From Bugula neritina (Eukaryota; Animalia; Bryozoa), in contig OZ037772.1 of NCBI GenBank assembly GCA_964035545.1, positions 4,778,233-4,842,232 on the forward strand: a DNA stretch of 64,000 nt. The letters are read 5' to 3'. Below the pieces are notes generated by a model. It had not been told where the DNA came from, searched no databases, and worked only from the letters and a program-made list of their open reading frames with translations. Below are positions 25,101 through 37,200 of this stretch, piece after piece (positions within the stretch are counted from its first letter, which is position 1; the number at the start of each line of letters is the position of its first letter). A program made the position numbers and the translations under genes.

Positions 25101-27600
25101 ATCCTGGATCTTTTGGACCATGACTTCATAGAGCCAGCACACAATGCGTAGAGCTCGCCAGTAATTTTGGTCAAGGAGACAGATGGGAGTAGGCGGCTCT
25201 GTGTGGATTACCGCAAGCTCAATAACGTACCCCCTTCCCTCCCAACCATGAGTCTCTGGATGCCCTGGCCGGTAAGAAATACTTCAATACGTTAGACTTG
25301 CTTAGTGAGTACACGCAGGTCTTCCTTAGCCTTGATGCTCAGTATAAGGCTGTGTTTATAACGCTTGATGGGCTCTGAAAATGGAAAGTATTGCCGTTCC
25401 GGTTGCCCTCTGCCTCGGCCACTTTTCAGAGACTCACGGAGAAATTTCTTAGCGGACTCCACTGAAAGACCCTGCCAATCTACCTTGATGACATCATCAT
25501 GGTCTTCCTAGACTTTGCGACCAATGTCAGCCATTTGAGAGAGGCTTTCGTAAAACTCAGAGGTGCCGGTCTTAAATTGAACCCCTCTAAGTGCGCTTTG
25601 TTACAGCTGGAGGCTAGGTACCTGGGGCACGTTGTCGGTCAAAACGGCGTGGCGACAAACTCCGAGAAGGTAAGGGCATTGAAAGACTTGGTCAGCTTTC
25701 AGGATTTGACTAGACTCCAGGCATTCCTGGGTCTGGTAAGGTACTACTGACAGTACACACCAGAGTTTGCAGGATGGCACGGCCATTAAAGCGGCTCACC
25801 ACGAAAGGGGTTCCTTTGCGGTGAACTCCGGTTGAACAACAGGCGTTTGACCATCTCAAGGGTTGCTTGCTTGAGGCTCCTGGCTTGGTTTATTCCGACC
25901 TAACTCGGGAATACATCCTGAATACGAACGTCAGCTACCACAATGTCGATGCTGTGTTGTGGCTGGTCCATGAGGACTGAGAAGTAGTACTAACTTACTT
26001 TGGTAAGGCTTTTTTCGCTGCCGAAAAGACTCACTGCACTATCTGGAAGGAGCTCTTGGCAGCAATCAAGGCGATGAAACAGTTCAGGCGTTTTTTTTAT
26101 GACAGAATGTTTGGGCTGCATACAGACCTTGCTTCATTGGTTTGGTTGAGCAACCATTAAGCAAGATCGCGTTGTGGCTTGAAAGCCTGTCCGAGATTTC
26201 TTACTGTGGAAAAACCACGGCTTTGCAGACGGGCTAAGCCGGCGACCTAATGGAAGATGCTGACAGTGTCTTGGCATCAAGAAGAGTGATGGAAGCTGCT
26301 CATGCCCCGAGTTGGAGACGCTGTCTGACTTTGGAGCGTAGTACAACTGGGTGCACGGCCAGCTGGTAAAAGTGCGTAAGCTGTACGAACCCTCCCCCGC
26401 TAACCCCATTTTGGCTGGTAGCGTCTCTGAGCTGAGGAAACTCCAGGAAAACCTTTCTGGAGTGGTAGCCGACCTAAATCAGGTCAAGAAGAAATGGAGA
26501 TGGCCCAGTGAGGCGCCACTGCCAACGCTGCGACTCCTTACGGATCAACGGTGATGTACTTCTAGCCATCACGTCGGTCGCCAACGGTAGACACCCAGAG
26601 AGGAAGAGGGTGGTCAGTCTTGCCGTCTATTTGCCGAGAGGTAATTTGGAACACTCATAAGCAGGCTGATGCAGGAGTTCAGAGGGTGTTTGCCAAGTCG
26701 TCACTCCGGTGGTACTGGCCAAAGATGGGCGTGATGTGCAGCTCAAAGTAAGACAGTGGGAAATCAGCCAGGCCAGTAAGCACGGCTGTCTCCCTGGTGA
26801 GGCGGGATGGCAGAAGTTATATGCTGGCTGGCCCTGGAAAGCAGTAGCTGTTGAGCTAGTCAGGCCATGCTCCTAACACTCCGAGGCAACAGCTGGATCT
26901 TCGTGATCAGAGGCCATTTTACTCGGTGGGCTGACACACTGGCTATCCCAGACACATCGGCTCCTACTGTGGCCCGTGTGCTAAACCGGAATGTGCTACT
27001 TTGGCCTCCCTGAGCAGATACATTCGGATCAAAGTGCTCAGTTTTATTCACAACTAATGAGCAACTTCTGTCGCTTCTGGGAGATGAACCAAAGCAGCAC
27101 TAACCATCCACAAGGTACAAGGTGGTAGAGTGTAACAACAGGATGTTGGGTGATGCGCTCTAGACCCTGCTCCTTGGCCTTAATCCAGAGAAATGGGAAA
27201 CAGCGGTTCCACAGGTCATGTGAGTTCCCAACCACCTTACCTACCATGTTCCTGACCACAATTCTGTACACGAGTATGTGGGGGAGTTGGTAGAGCGCAT
27301 GAGGGCAGCACACAAAATGCTTCGGGAGAGGCAATGACAGGTGCGGACTGAGGGCTCTTATGAGCCTCCCCCTATCAGGTGGGAGACTGGATCTAAATGG
27401 CCAACTACAGCAGGCGTTGTGGACAAGCAGCTTAGTTATGGCCCAAGTTCATGGAGCCCTACCTGGTAGTCGAGGCTATGGCCAATCATACGTACAAGGT
27501 CAAGCGCTCCATACAGGTAACAATCCAGAATGAAGATCGTTGGAAACCGTATTGAGCTAGTCCAATTGCGATAGGAAAAGCGCCACGTTGTTGGAGCCTA
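22135..27600 (+). mobile_element. Degenerate Ty3/Gypsy internal region (gag, protease, RT, RNase H, integrase); no LTRs recognised
   Basis: gag-like FTGQEDFEQFIQEF, protease FLLDSG (~23460), RT CVDYRKLN and YLDD (25481), YLGHVVG, RNase H ELLAAI, integrase remnants and GPYLV (~27455). Numerous stops and frameshifts. Confidence 0.9.
23591..24341 (+). mobile_element. MITE copy 3, inserted in the Gypsy protease region
   Basis: Same TIRs with a 2-bp TC duplication; removing it restores the pol frame CIPF-YGIV. Confidence 0.9.
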
Positions 27601-27722
27601 GACAGGATAGTTAAGGTCAACCTTTTAGTTCTAGCTGCTATGCTGATGATGCATTGTTATCATATAAGAAATCAGTCCCAGTAAAATGAATTTTTACCCA
27701 ATTGTGCTAGAATCAAAATCTA
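27601..27722 (+). mobile_element. MITE copy 4, left-end fragment
   Basis: gacaggatagttaaggtcaaccttttag... matches the first ~120 bp of the MITE and truncates the Gypsy element. Confidence 0.75.
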
Positions 27723-28069
27723 AACGTATTTGAATCTATTGAGAAGTTTTAAAATTAGATATAATTTGCAAATAAATATATGTTAACAAAGATATAAATC
27801 CATATAAATACCATGACATATTATAGTCAAGGAAAGCATAAAACATATTACAATATTTTAATATCTTCTGTTTGAAGTTAGTAAAAGTTAAAAAGTTAGA
27901 TTCATTAAAAAGCTTTTTTTGGGAAATATACAGGTAAAGCTTCAATATGTAATATCCTGCAGACTAAAATCAATTGTGTTGAGTTAGCAACATATAATAC
28001 AAAAAAATTGTTTTTTATATATATTTTGTATTATAAAATTTGTATTTTATAATTTATTGTCTGCTATAG

Positions 28070-28210
28070 CATGTCTGATCTGAAGAATCTGGAGACTCTT
28101 GATATGTCGGAGAATAACTTCAGTGAAGGATTACCTGATGTATTCACATCGATGACATCTCTAAGAGAAGTGAATATGGAGAACTGTGAGCTACCAACTC
28201 TACCTAAAAG
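28070..28210 (+). CDS. LRR exon 1 (141 nt, two LRRs)
   Basis: tatag|C ATG; MSDLKNLETLDMSENNFSEGLPDVFTSMTSLREVNMENCELPTLPK; weak donor gttttt. Confidence 0.75.
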
Positions 28211-31200
28211 GTTTTTAAAACCAACAATTATATGAAGTAGAAATAAACTGTTTTTATCTGGGATTTTGCATGGCTACATGTTTTTAGATTTATATTTTTT
28301 TAAGATAGATATTTTGTCAAAATTTCTCAAATCTGTTGCAAATTCTTGCAATATTATTACATAAATAAGCAAATAATTATACGCTAATGAAGAAATGTTA
28401 TGTATAAAATTATAACATGTGGTTAAATACAATATATTACATATGACAAACGGTACCATACTTTAGTTTCTAATGCTTGAAATGAGTAAATTAGGTAAAT
28501 AATAAGTTGACTTTATTCGCCTTTTCTTAAAAACGAAAAAGCGTAAGTTTCAAAATGTCATATCCTGCTGACTAAAGTAATTCTTTAATCTGGCAATATG
28601 ATGTATAATTGATATTTAAACAAGTCATACAGTAATAAAATTTGAAGTTTTAGAAACAATTATTTTGAAGTATTACATAAAAACGAATTATTTTCAAAAA
28701 TATAGTGGTAACAATAGAAAATATTGTTTTATATACTAATAAAATCTATATTTCATAACTGATATTCACCTTAAGATCTTGAAAAGAGAAACTCATGCAG
28801 TATATTTCACACACATATGTGATATTTATATGTAATAATGTATTTTATTCAAACTTCATTTTCCATTGGATGAAATTTTTATAATATCAATATACGACTT
28901 TATGCTAGAACTGCATTGCCTTTGCTTTAGATGGTCGTAATACTATAATTATAATGTTGCCTCAACTGGTATATGTTTACTATAGCATGTCTAATCTGAA
29001 GAATCTGGAGACTCTTAATATGTCAGGGAATAACTTCAATGAAGGATTACCTGATGTAGTCACATCGATGACATCTCTAAGAGATTGAATATTAGTTTCT
29101 GTGAACTACTAACTCTACCTGAAAGGTTAGTAAGAATGTATTAAATAAAATGTTCATTAGTGTGAAGGATATAATTCTGCATTAGATGTACCTATTTTTT
29201 TATTAAAGTTATCTACATATTCTGAAGTTGAGCTTGGAAAGTTCTAGAAGCATTTTGATTAGCTTTCTAGAGTTTCTAAGTGCAATATGTCGGGTTCACA
29301 GTAGAATCACAAGTACCAACTGTGTTAAACTTTTTCCACTGAGAGTTGACCACCGACTTTTCAGCTGACACCTTACCAACTACACTACAATAACTATTGG
29401 GTAATCTTAACATCTCATTCAACCAATTCTTCTGAACTCCACTGGCCCCTTTTCTACTCAATAACTATTAGGCTTCCCTGACTTCTCAACTCCCTTTGCA
29501 TCCAAACATACTACATGGCTGGCTATAGCAGTGTAAACAAACGCTGTACAGTTGTACAATATAACATCTCATATTCAATATAACATGCTTACTCGAACAT
29601 GTTTGATGTACATTTTTAGTAAACTCCCAGATGAATAATAATAATTTTTTATTCTCTTTACTTAATGAAAGTTTTCAGATTGTTATAACAATTCTTGATA
29701 CAGTTATAAAATCTGTGATCGTCCCCTCTTACCAGAATAATAGCTAATACAATCATTATAATAGCATATGTAACTTGAGATAGGAGTACGCTAATGTGTA
29801 TACAGGTCTAGTTCAACTCATCCTTCTGAGCCATCCCCCCCCCCTTATATATATGAGTAGAGTAGCTAGTCCTGAGTTCATTCAGGAAGCGCATTACATG
29901 ATATATAGATTTAGGCATAAAATAATTTGTAAACGAGCACGAAGAACAGTAAAAACATGCATGAGGGTCTGTCCAACATGTCCCCTGCCTACATACTTGT
30001 GACCCTCCAACGCATTACAGATAAACTTATTTTTAAACATAAATTTGAGTTATGAAGAGAGAAAAATCACCTTTTAGATGTTTTTTTATATAAATATAAT
30101 ATTACAAAACATGGAGCCTGCAATAATTATTGAAACTCCACTGTGTAATGATTCTTAAGAACGTAGAATAAAGTAATTTGAAATAATCGATAATGTGGCC
30201 CCTAGCCCAAGCTGAAGTTTAGAATATGTGGCTCCCACCATAAAATGCTCTGTTTCGAAAGCCCTCGCTACGAAAAGGTAGGAAACCCCCAGTCTAATAC
30301 ATGAGCTGCCTACTTGTATGACACAGCGGATGTGCACAGCCATAATCTACTACAATATTACTAAAGGAGTAAAAACTTATTTATGATTTGACTTTTTTAG
30401 CTGTTTCTTGAAAAATAAGAAGCTCAAGCTTCAATATGTCATATCCTGCAGACTAAAATCAGACTCTGATCCGGCAATATAAATTATAATGTATGATTCA
30501 TATTTAAATAAGTCATACAGTATTTTGTTATACTATAAGCTGTGATAAACTTTACAGATTTAGAAACAACTAATCTGCATTTTGAATTATAAAACAAAAA
30601 TGGATTATTTTCAAAAACTACCGGTAATGATAGAAAATATTGTCGTATATACTAATAAAATATAAAATTTATAACTTGTATTCAGCTTAATGTCTTGAAA
30701 TGAAGAACTCTGCAGTATATTTCACACACATATGTGATATTTATATCTAATAATGTCTTTTATTCCAACTTCATTTTTCATTAAATAAAATTTATATATC
30801 AATAAAAAACTTTACGCTATAATTACATTGCTGTAGCTTAAGATGGTTGTATTACTATGTGATGTCTCAACTGGTATATGTTTACTATAGCATGTCTAAT
30901 CTGAAGAATCTGGAGGTTCTTGATATGCCAGGGAATAACTTCAGTGAAGGATTACCTGATGTATTCATATCAATGACATCTCTAAGAGAGTTGCATATGC
31001 AGAACTGTGAACTACCAACTCCACCTGGGAGGTTAGTAAGAATGCATTAAATAAAGTGTTCATTTGTGTGAAGGGTATAGTTCTGCAATAGAAGTACCTA
31101 TTTTTTTATTAAAATTAGCTACATGTTTTAAAGTTCTACAGTTTTACAAACTTTCTGTATTTCATAAGTGAAATATATTAGGTTCACAATAGAATCAAAA

Positions 31201-34200
31201 GTACCAACTGTGTTACATACTTCCCATTGCAAGTCAACCACCGATTGCTAGCTGACGCTCTATAACCATTACATTACAAGGACTACTGGGTTATCCTGGC
31301 ACTCCATGCAACCAGTTCTTCTAAACTCTACTAGTCCCCTTACTACTTATTTAGTTTAGGCTTCCCGGGCCTTTCAACTCTCTTGCCATTCTACTAAAAT
31401 GCTATACTAAATGTGAAAAAGCTCCCTAACCATTACACATGGGTCGTTAGGTAATCTCAACACCACACTAAGCTGTTCACATGTGCATTCAGCTCCCTGC
31501 TACCATAAAGCTGTTCACGTGCACTAACCGTCATAATGTAAGAACTTCAATTACAGGAGGTTCTAATTTTACATGCCCCTCCTTTCAAATGGAAGGATAT
31601 CACAATTACTAGACATCAAATTTTTATAAGCGCATTACAGAGATTACTTGGTTAGCATGTGAATAAAATCTTAGTTGTATATATTATATGCTTCACTTGG
31701 TCTAATACATGAGCTGCCTACTTGTATGACACAGCAGATGTGCACAGCCAAAATCTACTACAAGATTACTAAATGATGTTTCAATTACTATATTATGTTT
31801 ACTATAGCATGTCTAATTTGGAGAATCTGGAGACTCTTGATATGTCACAGAATAACTTCAGTGAAGGACTACCTGATGTATTCACATCAATGACATCTCT
31901 AAAGACATTGTATATGAAGAACTGTGAACTAGAAATGCTACCTGAGAGGTTAGTGAAAGCAACTCAATATGAAATGCAAATAAACTATTTTATCTGTAGT
32001 ACACGACATCCAGGATTTGCCCGCATTTCTTTATATTTAAATTTTTTGCTGCTGAATAATTTCTGAAAATTCTTCAAACCTGTGAAATTATCTTTGCTAT
32101 ATTGTGTATAATATGCAAATAAATGCACGCCAATAAAAAGAATATATGTAGTATTATGACATATGATTCTGGAAAATATAAAAAATGTTACAATACTTTA
32201 ATTTCCTATATTCCTTAACGCTTGAATTAAGTAAAAGTTGATGAGTTAAGTTCAGTATATAGTTTTTTCTTGAAAAGATATACAGCTTTAGCTCTATTAT
32301 ATAATATACCTGCAGACTAAAACTAGCCATTGATCTGACAACATAATGGTAATTGATATCCAAATTATACAACTTTTTATTAAACACAATGAAAATTGTT
32401 AATTTGACAATCTTTAAATTTTAAAGTATAACAAAAACAAATTATTTTAGCAAATCACCTGTAATTATCGAAAAGAAATGATTTTAAATGTGAATAAAAT
32501 TTTAGTTGTACATCTGATGCTTTACTCAGTTTTAAAAAAAGCTCATGCTACAGTACATGTTTCACATGCATATGTAATATCTACTGTATATCTACTAATG
32601 TATTTTATTCTAACTTCATTTTCAATCAAATAAAATATGTATGTCAATCGGCAATTTTATGCTTGAATTACATTGCTTTAGCTTAAGATGGTTTTATTAC
32701 TATATGATGCTTCAACTGGTATATGTTTACTATAGCATGGCTAATCTGAAGAATCTAGAGACTCTTTATATGCCATATAATAACTTCAGTGAAGGATTAC
32801 CTGATGTAGTCACATCAATGACATCTCTAAGAGAAATGAATATTAGTTTCTGTCAACTACTAACTCTACCTGAAAGGTTAGTGAAAATGAATCAAATAAA
32901 ATATTTATTAGTGTGAAGGATATATAGTTCTGCAATAGAAGTACTTATTTTTTATTAAAATTTTCTACAGGTTTTAAAGTTCTACAGTTTTACAAACTTT
33001 CTGAATTTCTTAAGTGCAATATATTAGGTTCACAGTAGAATCACAAGTACCAACTGTGTTACATACTTCCCATTGGAAGTCAACTACCGGCTTGCCAGCT
33101 GATGCACTAACCATTATACTACAAGGGTAACCCTAACACTCCATGCAACCAGTTATTCTAAACTCTGCTGGTCCCCTTACTACTCATTCAGTTTAAGCTT
33201 CCCGGGCCTCTCAATTCTCTTGGCGTACTACTAAAATGCTATACTAAATGTGAAAGAGCTTGCTAACAATTACACATGGGTCGTTAGGTAATCTCAACAC
33301 CACACTAAGCTGTTCACATGTGCATTCAGCTCCCTGCTACCGTAAAGCTATTCACCTGCACTAACCATCATGATGTAAGAACTTCAATTACAGGAGGTTC
33401 TAATTTTACATGCCTCTCCTTTCAAATGGAAGGATATCACAATTACTAGACATCAAATTTTTATAAGCGCATTACAGAGATTACTTGATTAGCATGTGAA
33501 TAAAATCTTAGTTGTATATATTATATGCTTCACTTGGTCTAATACATGAGTTGCCTACTTGTATGACACAGCAGATGTGCACAGCCAAAATCTACTACAA
33601 CATTACTAAATGATGTTTCAATTACTATATTATGTTTACTATAGCATGTCTAATCTGGAGAATCTGGAGACTCTTGATATGTCACAGAATAACTTCAGTG
33701 AAGGATTACCTGATGTATTCACATCAATGACATCTCTAAGAGTGTTGTATATGGAGAACTGAAAACTAAAAACTCTACCTGAGAGGTTAGTGAAAGCAAC
33801 TCAATATGAAATACAAATAATATGATTTTATCTGTAGTACACGATACCCATTTCTTTATACTTAAATTTTTTGCTGTCAGGTAATTTCTGAAAATTTTTC
33901 AAACCAGTGAAATTATTCTTGCCATATTGTATATAATATGCAAATAAATACAAGCCAATAAAAAGATTCTATGTAGTATTATGACATATGGTTCTAGAAT
34001 ATATAAAAATGTCACAATATTTTAATCTCCTATATTCTTTAACGCTTGAATTAAGTGAAAGGTAATGAGTTATGTTCAGTATATAATTTTTTTTCAGAAG
34101 ATATACAGCTTAAGCTCTATTATATAATATACCTGCAGACTAAAACTAGCCATTGATCTGACAACATAACGTATAATCAATATTTAAATTATACAGTCTT

Positions 34201-37200
34201 TCATTAGATACAATAAAATTGTTAATTTGACAATCTTTAAATTTTAAAGTATAACGAAAACAATTTACTTTAGGAAATCACCTGTAACTATCGAAAAGAA
34301 ATTATTTTATATGTGAATAAAATTTCCGTTGTACATTTTACGCTTTACTCAGTTTTGAAAAAAATATCATGCCGCAGCACATGTTTCACATGCATATGTA
34401 ATATCTACTGTTTATCTACTAATGTATTTTATTCCGACTTCATTTTCCATCGAATATAATCTGTATGTCAATATCGGCAATTTTATGCTAGAATTACATT
34501 GCGTTAGCTCAAGATGGTTGTATTACTATATGATGCTTCAATTGCATGGTATTTTTTTACTATAGCATGTCTAATCTGAAGAATTTGGAGACTCTTCATA
34601 TGCCAGGGAATAACTTCAGTGAAGGATTACCTGATGTACTCACATCAATGACATCTCTAAGGACGATGTATATGCAGAGCTGTGAACTACCAACTCTACC
34701 TGAGAGGTTAGTGAGAATGCATCAAATAAAATGTTCATTAGTGTGAAGGTTATAATTCTGCCATAGAAGTACTTATTTTTTTTATTAAAATTATCTACAG
34801 TTTTTAAAGTTCTACAGTTTTACAAACTTTCTGCATTTCATAAGTGAAATATATTAGGTTCACAATAGAATCACAAGTATCAACTGTGTTACATACTTCC
34901 CATTGAAAGTCAACCACCGGCTTATGCCAGCTGACGCACTAACCATTACACTACAAGGATAACCCTAACACTCCATGCAACCAGTTATTCTAACTTCTGC
35001 TGGTCCCCTTACTACTCATTCAGTTTAGGTTTCCCGGGCCTCTCAACTCTCTTGGCGTACTACCAAAATGCTATACTAAATGTGAAAGAGCTTGCTAACA
35101 AATACACATGGGTCACTAGGTAATCTCAACAACCCACTAAGCTGTTCACATGTGCATTCAGCTCCGTGCTACCATAAAGCTATTCACGTGCACTAACCAT
35201 CATGATGTAATAACTTCAATTACAGGAGGTTCTAATTTTACATGCCCCCTCCTTTCAAATGGAAGGATATCACAATTACTAGACATCAAATTTTTATAAG
35301 CGCATTACAGAGATTACTTGATTAGCATGTGAATAAAATCTTAGTTGTATATATTATATGCTTCACTTGGTCTAATACATGAGCTGCACACTTGTATGAC
35401 ACAGCAGATGTGCACAGCCAAAATCTACTACAACATTACTAAATCATGTTTCAATTACTATAATTATTATGTTTACTATAGCATGTCTACTCTGGAAAAT
35501 CTGGAGACTCTTGATTTGTCACAGAATAACTTCAGTGAAGGATTACCTGATGTATTCACATCAATGACATCTCTAAGAGAGTTGCATATGAAGAATTGTA
35601 AACTAGAAATGCTACCTGAGAGGTTAGTGAAAGCAACTCAATATGAAATACAAATAAACTATTTTATCTGTAGTACACGACATCCAAGATTTGCCCGCAT
35701 TTTTCTATACTTAATTTTCTTGCTGCCAAATAATTTCTGAAAATCTTTCAAACCTGTAAAATTATTCTTGCTATATTGTAAATGGTATGCAAGTAAGTAG
35801 AAGCCAATACAAGGATTCTATGTAGTATTATGACATATGGTTCTAGAACATATAAAAATGTCACAATACTTTAATTTCCTATATTCCTCAACGCTTGAAT
35901 TAAGTAAAAGTTAATGAGTTAAGTTCAGTATATAATTTTTTTTAGAAGATATACAGCTTAAGCTCTATTATATAATTTACCTGCAGACTAAAGCTAGCCA
36001 TTGATCTGACAACATAACCTATAATTGATATCTAAATTATACAGCCTTCTATTATATACAATAAAAATTGTTAATTTGACAATCTTTAAATTTCAAAGTA
36101 TTACAAAAAGAAATTATTTTAGCAAATCACCGGTAATTATTGGAAAGAATTTCTTTTATATGTGGATAAAACTTTAGTTGTACATCTGATGCTTTACTTT
36201 GTTTTGAAAAAAGCTCATGCTGCAGTACATGTTTCACATGCATATGTAATATCTACTGTATATCTGCTAATGTATTTTATTCTAACTTCATTTTCAATCA
36301 AATAAAATCTGTATGTCAGTCGGCAATTTTATGCTAGAATTACATTGCTTTAGCTTAATATGCTTGTATTACGATATGATGTTTCAACTGGTATATGTTT
36401 ATTATAGCATGTCTAATCTGAAGAATTTGGAGACTCTTCATATGTCAGGGAATAAGTTCAGTGAAGGATTACCTGAGGTATTGACATCAATGACATCTCT
36501 AAGGACGTTGTATATGAAGAACTGTGAACTACCAACTCTACCTGAGAGGTTAGTGAGAATGCATTAAATAAAATGTTCATTAGCGTGAAGGATATAGTTT
36601 TGCAATAAAAGTATTTATTTTTTATTAGAATTATCTACATATTCACGTGCACTAACCGTCATGATGTAAGAACTTCAAATACAGCCCCTCCTTTCAAATG
36701 GAAGGACATCACAATTACTAGACATCAAATTTCTATAAGCGCATTACAGAGATTACTTGATTAGCATGTGAATAAAATCTTAGTTGTAGAATTACATTGC
36801 TTTAGCTTAATATGCTTGTATTACGATATGATGTTTCAATTACTATATATTGTTTACTATAGCATGTCAAATCTGGAGAATCTGGAGACTCTTCATATGT
36901 CAGGGAATAACTTCAGTGAAGGATTACCTGAGGTATTCACATCAATGAAATCTCTAAGAGAGTTGGATATGAAGAATTGTAAACTAGAAATGTTACCTGA
37001 GAGGTTAGTGAAAGCAAGTCAATGAGAAATACAAATAAAATGTTTTATCTGTAGTACACGACACCCAGGATTTGCCCGCATTTCTTTATACTCAATTTTT
37101 TTGCTGCCAAATAATTTCTGAAAATTTTTCAAACCTGTAAAATTATTCTTGCTATATTGTATATAATATGCAAATAAATACAAGCCAATAAAAATAATAT

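Noticed and set aside
33760-33762. TGA at a conserved Cys position as selenocysteine
   Set aside because: It is a single-base change in one of 11 copies at a structural LRR Cys, and I recognised no SECIS; a nonsense mutation is simpler.
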